DNA of 64,000 nucleotides, from assembly GCA_964614945.1 (NCBI GenBank), contig CAZTNW010000002.1, positions 43,959-107,958 of the forward strand, read 5' to 3'. The notes below the pieces were generated by a model, which saw only the letters and a program-made list of their open reading frames with translations, had not been told where the DNA came from and did not search any database. Origin of the DNA: an uncultured bacterium. Lineage in GTDB: Bacteria > Caldisericota > JANLFM01. Of this stretch, positions 56,596-64,000 are shown one piece after another. Positions within the stretch are counted from its first letter, which is position 1, and each line of letters opens with the position of its first letter. Made by a program: the position numbers and the translations under genes.

Positions 56596-59027
56596 CCCTG
56601 TTTTTTCAAGAACCGGGCCGCCTCCTCCGGCGGCGTGGGATTGATGTAGAAATCGGTGCCCCACTCAAAGCCGGCGGGGGTAGTCAGGCGAGGGATGATC
56701 TCAATATGCCAGTGGTATTCGGGCCAGAAAAGGAGGCCCAGAGGGCTGGAGTGAATCATCATGTTATATGGAGGGTCATTGACCACTTCCTTGAGCCGGC
56801 CGAGGGTGAACAACAAAACCTGCGCCAGGGACTCGACCTCCCCGTTATCCAGCTCAGAGAAGGCTGCCTGGTGGCGTTTCGGCAGAATCAGGGTCTCGAA
56901 GGGGAAGCGGGAGGCGTAGGGTTCGAAGACGATGAAATCAGCGGAATCGTAGACCAGCCTTTTGCCTTGAGCCAGCTCCTCCTGGATCGAATCACAGAAG
57001 ATACATTGTCCCGTGTGTTCCCAGTAGGTGTGCGCGGAATCCAGCTCTTCCTTGATGCGGCGCGGGACGATGGGGGTGGCAATCAACTGGGAGTGTGGAT
57101 GAGAGAGAGAAGCGCCGGCTGACCTACCGTAATTACGAAAGATAAGTATATAGCGTAGATCTTTGTTTTTTGACAGCTCGCGGTAGCGATGGCGGTAGGC
57201 CGCGCACACCAGCTCCATTTGCTCCAGGGATAAATCAGCCATCGCCAGGTCGTGCCGGGGCGTTTCTACTATTACCTCATGCGCTCCCAATCCAGAAATG
57301 CTCGTATAAAGGTGGGAGTGAACATATGCCGGTTCTTCTTCTTTGATCAGCGCCGGAAATTTGTTATCGAAGACTCGCACGGACCAGCCCGGTTCATTGG
57401 CCCGAGTACCCGCTTTACGAATGGCAAAGAGCTCGTAGGGGGTCATGCCCTCGTGCTGTTCGCAGAAAGGACAGTTAGCTGTGTCGTTCGTGACATGCTG
57501 ATCGGCCGGCACTTTGAAATCACTTGGGCGTTTGGTGCGTCCCTTGGCGATGATTGACCATTCCTCAAGAATCGGGTCTTTGCGGATTTCTGGAGAAATG
57601 ATGGCCCCTTTCCTCTTTCCGTGGAAGAAGAGGGCCTTTCGATAGACCTTCTCGTAGCTGGGAAGGGCGGAACTCCAGGAGTGGTCCTCTGACATCCCCG
57701 TCCGCCTGATTTGGTCCCAATGGGTATGGAGGGCATAGTGCTCCAGGGCTTCCTCCAGAGAAGTTAGGAAGGCTCCGGCCTCATACTGATTGAACAGAAA
57801 TCCGTTCCCCTCCCCGGTTTCCGGGTTATAGGGAGAGACTGTATCCGTCAGGCCTCCCGTCTTCCGCACAACTGGGACGGTTCCATAGCGGAGGGCGATC
57901 AACTGTCCCAGGCCGCAGGGCTCGAAACGCGATGGCATGAGAAAGATATCCGCTCCGGCGTAAATTTGCTTCGCCAGCTCCTCGTCGAAAGTTAAACGAA
58001 GAGTGAACTTCTGGGGGAAACGAGAGCTGAGGTCTCGCAAATATTCCTCGTAACGTCGCTCACCGGTGCCGAGGATTACGAGCTGAAGTGGTTTCGCCAG
58101 CAGCCGGTCCATGATCGGGGGAAAAAGGTCGAGCCCCTTCTGTTCCGTAAGCCTGGAAATCATGGCCAGCAGAGGGGCATCCCGATCAAGCGGCAATCCC
58201 AGCTTCCCTTGTAGTTCTGTCTTTATCTCCGGTTTGCGACTGCGCAGGTTGGACAGGCTCAACCCGAAAGATGCGGGATCGTATTCCTCAATATCGATCC
58301 CATTCGTGATCCCCATAAGCTGTTTTTTTCTCAAGGCCAGCGCCCCCTCAAGCCCCATCCCTAATGCCGGTGTCTGGATCTCACGCCCATAGGTATCGCT
58401 GACGGTGGTGATGAAATCGCTGGTGAGAATTGCCCCCTTGAGAAGGTTAGCCTTGCCGTAGAATTCAATCCTCTCGTCGCGGAAGGAAAGGGGCAAACCG
58501 ATTCGGGAGAACATCTCCTGTTCCACCAATCCCTGGAAGGCAAGGTTGTGGATTGTTAGCACACAGGCCAGCGAGGAGAATTCGACCTTCCCGGCGAGAA
58601 TGGTCTCCAGATAAAGGGGAACCGGGCTGGTGTGCCAATCGTGGATATGCAGGATTTCCGGAAATCCGAGCAGGGGAAGGGATTCTAAGGCTGAGCGAGA
58701 GAAGAAGGCGAATCGTTCGACATCGTCGGGGCAGCCGTAAATTATGTCACGGTCAAAATAACGGGGGTTCTCTAAAAAGAAAAAATCAATGCCGTGAAGC
58801 ACCTCTCGGCGGATCGTGAGGGGCTCAATCCGTCCTTGCCATGCTATCTCGACCTCCCCTACTTTCTCCCGCTGTTCGAGATCAGGGATAGAGCGGTACG
58901 CTGGCAGGAAAACGTTAACAAGGTGTCCCTTTTTCGCCAGGACTTTGGAGAGGGATCCCGCGACATCGCCTAATCCCCCGACTTTAGCAAAGGGAGAGGC
59001 TTCAGCAGCAATTAACGAGATTTTCAT
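56592..59027 (-). CDS. glgA: Glycogen synthase fused to a C-terminal GalT-family (HIT-related) nucleotidyltransferase
   Basis: N-terminal KVGGLGDV, HIHDWHT, PSRFEPCGL. From ~57599: RKDPILEEW, CPFC, NKFPAL, GAHEVIVE, NYGRSAGASLSHPHSQ, WHIEIIPR. Single 811-aa frame. Confidence 0.92.
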   Translation of the reverse strand: MKISLIAAEASPFAKVGGLGDVAGSLSKVLAKKGHLVNVFLPAYRSIPDLEQREKVGEVEIAWQGRIEPLTIRREVLHGIDFFFLENPRYFDRDIIYGCPDDVERFAFFSRSALESLPLLGFPEILHIHDWHTSPVPLYLETILAGKVEFSSLACVLTIHNLAFQGLVEQEMFSRIGLPLSFRDERIEFYGKANLLKGAILTSDFITTVSDTYGREIQTPALGMGLEGALALRKKQLMGITNGIDIEEYDPASFGLSLSNLRSRKPEIKTELQGKLGLPLDRDAPLLAMISRLTEQKGLDLFPPIMDRLLAKPLQLVILGTGERRYEEYLRDLSSRFPQKFTLRLTFDEELAKQIYAGADIFLMPSRFEPCGLGQLIALRYGTVPVVRKTGGLTDTVSPYNPETGEGNGFLFNQYEAGAFLTSLEEALEHYALHTHWDQIRRTGMSEDHSWSSALPSYEKVYRKALFFHGKRKGAIISPEIRKDPILEEWSIIAKGRTKRPSDFKVPADQHVTNDTANCPFCEQHEGMTPYELFAIRKAGTRANEPGWSVRVFDNKFPALIKEEEPAYVHSHLYTSISGLGAHEVIVETPRHDLAMADLSLEQMELVCAAYRHRYRELSKNKDLRYILIFRNYGRSAGASLSHPHSQLIATPIVPRRIKEELDSAHTYWEHTGQCIFCDSIQEELAQGKRLVYDSADFIVFEPYASRFPFETLILPKRHQAAFSELDNGEVESLAQVLLFTLGRLKEVVNDPPYNMMIHSSPLGLLFWPEYHWHIEIIPRLTTPAGFEWGTDFYINPTPPEEAARFLKKQG

Positions 59028-59036
59028 GGTTGTTTG

Positions 59037-59065
59037 ATCTTAGGTAAAGGAGGGGGAGCTGTCAA
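59037..59065 (-). promoter_or_regulatory. Sigma70 promoter of the glgA-galT operon, near-leaderless
   Basis: On the minus strand TTGACA-17 nt-TAAGAT, then 9 nt to ATG with no Shine-Dalgarno. Confidence 0.7.
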
Positions 59066-59287
59066 ATTTCCCGTTGCGCCCTTTTCCCCTAAATTTGCCT
59101 CCCTACCAGGGTTTCGGCCCTCTCCATCAACAGAGGTTTTGCACTTCCGATGATCGCAATTCTGCTCTCGGTGAGCTCTGCATATTCTGGACAGGGGAAG
59201 CTGGGGGGCCTACAATTAAGTCGTATCATTCTGGTTTATCAACTGAATACTTGATTTTTAAAAAATTTTTTTAAGGTATCGAGGTCC

Positions 59288-60508
59288 GTGGCTTTATTTA
59301 TTGCTTATTCGATTGTGGTGACTTTGGTCCTAATTTGGGTTCTCTGGAATTTCCGCAGAAACCTGCGTGATCTTATTCCGCTCTCCTCGTTTCACTGGCC
59401 CGCTTCCACGCGGAAACCCCTCGTTTCCCTGCTTGTTCCAGCAAGAAACGAGGAGCGTAACATTGAGCGATGCCTGTACAGCCTGCTGGCTCAGGACTAC
59501 GAGGTTTTTGAGATCCTGGTGCTCAACGATCATTCCACTGACGGCACCCGAGCGATTGTGGAGAGAATCTCCGTCTCAGACGAGAGAGTGCGTCTCATCG
59601 AGGGAAAGCCTCTGCCCTCGGGTTGGGTGGGGAAGGGCTTCGCCTGTCATCAACTCTTCCAGGAAGCGCAGGGAGAATACCTCCTCTTCGTTGATGCCGA
59701 CACCTGGCTCGCCCCCTTTGCTGTTTCCTCAAGCATGGCAGCGACGAGGGAAAGAAAAGCTGATTTCCTCAGCCTGATGCCCCACGAAAAAACGCAGACC
59801 CTCTCCGAGAGACTGTCCATCCCCTTCATAAACCTGGCGGTAATGTGGTTCTTTCCCTTGCGGAAGATCTGGGGGAGCCCGAATCCCCTTTTCTCCTTCG
59901 CCGTGGGACAGTTCATGCTGTTCCGCCGGGGTGCTTATCTGGCGGTGGGAGGACATGCTGCTGTTCGCGCGGAGATTTTGGAAGACATGGTGCTGGCCAG
60001 ACGCGTAAAAGAGCTCGGCTTGAAGGCTCTGCTTTTAGATGGTCAGGGAGCGGTCTTCTGCCGCATGTACCAGAATTTACGAGAAGTCTGGAACGGTTTC
60101 TCCAAGTTCCTCTTCACCGTCTTCCACTTTCAGCTCTTTCCTCTTATGCTGACTATGGTCTTATTCGACCTTCTGCTCTTCGGGCCATTTTTCTTTCTGG
60201 CCTGGATACTCTATGCAGGGGAAGGAGTGTCTCTCGTCTTCGGCCTGACCGTGTTCCAGGTCCTCGTCTTGTTGCTTGCGCGCACCATTCTATCAATGCG
60301 CTTCGACTATAGCCTCTGGGAGGCAGCACTGCACCCTCTCGCTATGTTCCACATCAATCTACTGGCTCTCTATTCCGTCTACCTCCATTTGAGCGGTCAG
60401 GGATTGACCTGGAAGGGCAGGCGATATATCACGGAAACGTCTCTGGCCCAGGAGACGATAGATGAAGCGGCCGAGCAACCCAATGTCGATGAAAGGCAGA
60501 TTCCTTAA
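59288..60508 (+). CDS. GT2 glycosyltransferase (CruC/CrtQ-like lipid or carotenoid glycosyltransferase)
   Basis: N-terminal TM, LVPARNEE, NDHSTDGT, GWVGKGFAC, FVDAD, GQFMLF, ILEDM, RMY..L.EVWNGFSK, C-terminal TMs. Confidence 0.85.
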   Translation: MALFIAYSIVVTLVLIWVLWNFRRNLRDLIPLSSFHWPASTRKPLVSLLVPARNEERNIERCLYSLLAQDYEVFEILVLNDHSTDGTRAIVERISVSDERVRLIEGKPLPSGWVGKGFACHQLFQEAQGEYLLFVDADTWLAPFAVSSSMAATRERKADFLSLMPHEKTQTLSERLSIPFINLAVMWFFPLRKIWGSPNPLFSFAVGQFMLFRRGAYLAVGGHAAVRAEILEDMVLARRVKELGLKALLLDGQGAVFCRMYQNLREVWNGFSKFLFTVFHFQLFPLMLTMVLFDLLLFGPFFFLAWILYAGEGVSLVFGLTVFQVLVLLLARTILSMRFDYSLWEAALHPLAMFHINLLALYSVYLHLSGQGLTWKGRRYITETSLAQETIDEAAEQPNVDERQIP

Positions 60509-60526
60509 ACAGGGAGAGCGATAGGG

Positions 60527-61162
60527 ATGGAGTGGTGGCAGATCATAGAGCTGGGCGGACTGATGCTGGGAGCTTTCCTCCTGGGGGGAATCCTGTTTTC
60601 CCTTCACTTAGGCAGGATCTCAGCCGGGAAGGACCTGCGCAACGTGGGGGACCACAATCCGGGTGCCTGGAATCTGATCTTCAATGTCAACAAGTGGGTG
60701 GGGATTTTAGGGGCCTTACTGGACGCCGGGAAAGGGGTTTTAGCCTATTACCTCGGCTTCTGGTTTTTTGGCGTCGGCCTGGTTCCCTACCTGACTGCCG
60801 TCTCGGCTGTGGCCGGCCACAATTGGTCTCCTTTCCACGGCTGGCGGGGAGGCAAGGGAGTAGCCACGACCATCGGAGCGCTATTCGCGGCAAACATCCT
60901 CACCCTGCCAGTCTTTTCAGCTCTGGTTGTGGCTCTGCTCTTCTTCACGCACCGCATGATCCTCGGAATCTTAGGGGGGGTGGCCGGAGCTTTAGCATTC
61001 CTCGTAGCTGTACAGCAGGAGCTCAATGTCGTAATTTTCGCCATACTCCTTCTCGCGGTCCTCACTCCCAAGTATATAATGGAGTCTCGCGCATTGAAGG
61101 AGCAACAAGAGGGCGACGATAGGCGCCCTCCTCTCGACCTCTTCACCGCCAAGCCGCGCTGA
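60527..61162 (+). CDS. PlsY-family membrane acyltransferase
   Basis: GDHNPGAWN (motif 1 variant), LDAGKG, GHNWSPF..WRGGKGVAT (motif 2); motif 3 (HxxNIxR) not evident. Confidence 0.8.
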   Translation: MEWWQIIELGGLMLGAFLLGGILFSLHLGRISAGKDLRNVGDHNPGAWNLIFNVNKWVGILGALLDAGKGVLAYYLGFWFFGVGLVPYLTAVSAVAGHNWSPFHGWRGGKGVATTIGALFAANILTLPVFSALVVALLFFTHRMILGILGGVAGALAFLVAVQQELNVVIFAILLLAVLTPKYIMESRALKEQQEGDDRRPPLDLFTAKPR

Positions 61163-61239
61163 TTAGAGCCAGACCAGACGACCTTTTCGCCTCTTTCCTC
61201 CGACTGATACAATGGGGGAAAAAGCGGGGGGCGAGAGCG

Positions 61240-63738
61240 ATGAAAGCAGTAGTAATGGCCGGCGGGTTCGGTACCCGTTTACGGCCCTTAACCCTCCACA
61301 TTCCGAAACCAATGGTCCCGATCGTGAATCGTCCGGTGATGGAGCATGTGATCGAGTTGCTCAAAACCAACGGATTTAAAGACTTGATCGTGCTCCTCTA
61401 TTTTCAGCCCGAGGCGATCGAGGGTTATTTTCAAAGCGGAGAAAAATGGGGGGTTAAGATTCAATATATCCGCCCGGAAATGGACTTCGGCACGGCAGGG
61501 AGCGTAAGGCTTGCCCGGGACCTCCTCGATGAGACCTTCCTCGTTATCTCGGCAGACGTACTCACAGATTTCAGCCTGCAATCGGCCCTGGGATTTCACG
61601 AGGAGAACAAATCGCTGGCAACGCTCCTCCTCACTCGAGTAAAGGATCCCCGCTCATACGGAATCGTCGTTACGGAAGGGAATGGCAAAATCCTCTCCTT
61701 CCTGGAGAAACCGACCTGGGGGGAGATCTTTTCCGATACGGTAAACAGTGGCATCTACGTACTCCAACCTGAGGTTCTCGATCGCGTTCCGCGAGATCGC
61801 GAGTTCGACTTCTCCAAAGGGCTTTTTCCTGCCCTACTTGAGGAGGGAGCTCCTCTTTTCGGTACTGTAATCTCGGGCTACTGGAGGGATATCGGTAATT
61901 TAGAGGATTACTGGCAGGCCCACCTCGATGTGCTCCACGGCGAGGTGAATCTAAAAGTGGCAGGAAAGAGGATAGAGAAAGTGGGAACGGATGTCTGGGT
62001 GACTGAGGGAGTGGAAATTCATCCCCGCGCCCGCCTGCGCGGGACGGTGATTTTAAGTGAGGGAACAGAGGTAGAGGAAAACGCTTCCCTCTATAACTCC
62101 ATCGTCGGTCGCGGGGGTAAGATCGAGGAGGAGGCCCAGATCGAGGAGTCCGTCCTCTGGGACCAGGTCGTAGTGGGAAGACGCAGCCGACTGAGGCAGT
62201 CTGTCATCGGCTCTCGCTCGAAAATAGGCTCCCTCGTCAATGTACAGGAAAAGGTGGTGATCGCTGAGGATTGCCAGATCGGGAGCGGTGCCATAATTAC
62301 GAGTGGAGCGAGAATCTGGCCGCAAAAAGAAGTGGAGGGCGGTGCTACCGTCACGAGCTCCTTAGTTTGGGGCGAGAGATGGGGAAAAAGCCTCTTTGGC
62401 AACTACGGCATAACCGGGTTGGCAAACTCCGAGATCGTGCCGGAGTTCGCCGCCAAAGTGGGGGCGGCTTACGGGACGATCCTCAAGCGAGGAAACAGCA
62501 TTCTCTCATCCTACGACGGCCACAGGGCTTCCCGGGTCATCCATCGCTCTCTGATGGCAGGCCTTTTATCCGCCGGGATCAACAACTATGATTTAGGGCG
62601 CGCGGCTGTCCCTGTCGCCCGCCATGCCATCCGTTCCTTAGAGGCTGAAGGAGGAGTGCATGCCGCCATCTCGCCCTTCAATCCCTCCGTAATCGATATT
62701 AAATTTTTTGACAGCGTCGGGCTGGATCTCTCCCCCGCCAGGGAGAGGGCGATCGAAGGTGCTTATTTCCGGGAGGAATTCAGCCGTGCGTCGACCGCGG
62801 ATGTGGGCGGTATTTCTTTCCCGGCAAGGGTACTGGAGTATTACGAGGAAGCCTTCCTCCATGCCCTCGAGCTTGCTGCGATTGAGAGAGCGGGATTCCG
62901 CATCGTCGTAGACTACGGCTTCGGCACCGCCTCCACAGTTCTACCCAGTATTTTCGGCAAGACTGGGATCGAAGTCGTAGCCCTCAACGCCTACTTGGAT
63001 GAAAAAAAGATCACCAAGAGCGAGGAGGAATACAGGCGCTCTCTGGAGACCCTGGCGGAAATCGTCCTCTCCCTGAAATGCCATGCGGGTTTCCTGCTCG
63101 ACGCCGGTTCGGAAAAGATTTTCCTGGTGGATGAAAAGGGGCGGGTGCTGGACGGGGATTTGAGCCTGGCCTGCGTCTCCTTTCTGGTGTTCCGGCGCTA
63201 TTCTCGAGCGAGCATCGCCGTCCCCGTCTCCGCCTCGTCAATCCAGGAAGAGATGAGCAGGAATTTTGAGGGTCGCGTGTTCTACACCAAGACATCCACC
63301 CGCTCAATGATGGAAATGGCCAGAAGCAAAGAGGTTCAGTTCGTGGGGGAGGTCAAGGGCGGCTATATCTTCCCTCAATTTCAGCCCTTTGCCGACGGTA
63401 TGTTCGCCCTCGTCAAAATCCTGGAAATGCTCGCCTTAGCAAAAAACAGTCTGGGGGAGATCTCCGCGCTGATTCAGCCGAAGGCGATGGTTAAGGAACA
63501 CTTTCCCTGCCCCTGGGAGATGAAGGGCACGGTCATGCGCCGACTGATCGAGGAGAGCAAGGACCTGGACACTCTTTTAATCGACGGGATCAAAATCTTT
63601 TTCGATTCAGGTTGGGTATTCATCCTGCCGGACAAAGACAGGCCGCTTCTGCACATTAACGCCGAGGCAGGAAAGGAGAGCGAGGCCCGCAGGCTGCTTC
63701 AGCTCTATTCAGAAAAAATTTCCCGCTGGTTAGGCTAA
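61240..63738 (+). CDS. Mannose-1-phosphate guanylyltransferase-like nucleotidyltransferase + LbH + phosphomannomutase-like fusion
   Basis: MAGGFGTRLRPLT..PKP, FLEKP, YWRDIG, hexapeptide repeats, then a PGM/PMM four-domain region ending RPSxxE-like LPDKDRP. Confidence 0.9.
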   Translation: MKAVVMAGGFGTRLRPLTLHIPKPMVPIVNRPVMEHVIELLKTNGFKDLIVLLYFQPEAIEGYFQSGEKWGVKIQYIRPEMDFGTAGSVRLARDLLDETFLVISADVLTDFSLQSALGFHEENKSLATLLLTRVKDPRSYGIVVTEGNGKILSFLEKPTWGEIFSDTVNSGIYVLQPEVLDRVPRDREFDFSKGLFPALLEEGAPLFGTVISGYWRDIGNLEDYWQAHLDVLHGEVNLKVAGKRIEKVGTDVWVTEGVEIHPRARLRGTVILSEGTEVEENASLYNSIVGRGGKIEEEAQIEESVLWDQVVVGRRSRLRQSVIGSRSKIGSLVNVQEKVVIAEDCQIGSGAIITSGARIWPQKEVEGGATVTSSLVWGERWGKSLFGNYGITGLANSEIVPEFAAKVGAAYGTILKRGNSILSSYDGHRASRVIHRSLMAGLLSAGINNYDLGRAAVPVARHAIRSLEAEGGVHAAISPFNPSVIDIKFFDSVGLDLSPARERAIEGAYFREEFSRASTADVGGISFPARVLEYYEEAFLHALELAAIERAGFRIVVDYGFGTASTVLPSIFGKTGIEVVALNAYLDEKKITKSEEEYRRSLETLAEIVLSLKCHAGFLLDAGSEKIFLVDEKGRVLDGDLSLACVSFLVFRRYSRASIAVPVSASSIQEEMSRNFEGRVFYTKTSTRSMMEMARSKEVQFVGEVKGGYIFPQFQPFADGMFALVKILEMLALAKNSLGEISALIQPKAMVKEHFPCPWEMKGTVMRRLIEESKDLDTLLIDGIKIFFDSGWVFILPDKDRPLLHINAEAGKESEARRLLQLYSEKISRWLG

Positions 63739-64000
63739 GCAGCGCCCTGGAGTCGATAGATATCCCCGTACTTCTGCTTGAGATAGGAAATGTAGGGCTC
63801 TGGATTGATCGGCCCTCCCGTTATTTTATGCACAAGCTCTTTCGGAAAATATTTCGCTCCGTGGCGGTGAATATTCTCCCTCCCCCAAGCGAGTAGATTC
63901 TGGAATTCCCCCCGGGCGAATTGGTCCAGAAGGTCCGGCATTTCCTTCAGGGCCAGGGCGAAAAACTGAACCGAGAGGATGTTCCCCAGGGAATAAGTGG
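63735..64000 (-). CDS. M32 carboxypeptidase (Taq type), 3' end only
   Basis: Frame open to the window edge: PTYSLGNILSVQF...NIHRHG...LVHKITGGPINPEPYISYLKQKY. Confidence 0.88.
   Translation of the reverse strand, partial: TYSLGNILSVQFFALALKEMPDLLDQFARGEFQNLLAWGRENIHRHGAKYFPKELVHKITGGPINPEPYISYLKQKYGDIYRLQGAA

Noticed and set aside
95-63941. Numerous antisense or alternate-frame ORFs in the track (e.g. 2198..2824 -, 12624..13334 -, 21960..22577 -, 43670..44371 -, 60532..61122 +)
   Set aside because: They overlap well-supported genes, carry no recognisable motifs, and are the expected shadow ORFs of GC-rich coding sequence.
1-64000. tRNA, rRNA, tmRNA, SRP, RNase P, CRISPR, integrase or IS elements
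   Set aside because: I inspected the intergenic gaps for their hallmark motifs and saw none; a covariance-model scan would be needed to exclude divergent RNAs.

Overview
A gene-dense 64 kb window from what looks like an anaerobic, probably monoderm bacterium. That reading rests on lipoprotein-anchored solute-binding proteins, the Firmicutes-like tmk-darA-holB-ricT order, a SCIFF locus, a tungsten AOR and several archaeal-type enzymes; the phylum cannot be fixed from the sequence alone. Layout: (1) 1-15.5 kb, a single-strand catabolic cluster with two family-5 SBPs plus OppBCDF, three Asp/Glu/hydantoin racemases (two share an exact 585-bp repeat), a lone hydantoinase-A/oxoprolinase subunit, two DUF917 proteins, an M24 Xaa-Pro peptidase and a proline-racemase-family enzyme. 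(2) 15.5-19.9 kb (-), a six-cysteine ranthipeptide (SCIFF) precursor, its radical SAM/SPASM maturase and a co-oriented ABC-2 exporter. (3) 20-30 kb, housekeeping genes: ferritin-like protein, two deoxynucleoside kinases, R3H-AAA, tmk, darA, holB, ricT, FmdB zinc ribbon, DUF3467, AOR, GlmU-type acetyltransferase. (4) 31-32 kb, gene debris. (5) GNAT, cold-shock protein, glnA, K+-independent H+-PPase. (6) 37.1-39.6 kb, an IscS-like protein that has lost its PLP-binding residues, followed by IscU-DUF59, TusA and a DsrE2-like protein. (7) HpnI-like GT, MacAB-type exporter, lemA-htpX, a Cys/Thr proline-racemase-family dehydratase, Liv ABC and an M20 amidohydrolase. (8) 53.8-64 kb, a glycogen/sugar block: GlgA-GalT fusion, GH57, cupin PGI, GT2 plus PlsY-like pair, M1P guanylyltransferase-PMM fusion and a partial M32 carboxypeptidase. 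I found no rRNA, tRNA, CRISPR array, transposase or integrase. Best candidates for undescribed biology: the PLP-less IscS sulfur/Fe-S operon, the HyuA/DUF917/racemase catabolic cluster and the GlgA-GalT fusion. All functional calls come from motif recognition by eye; no searches were run.
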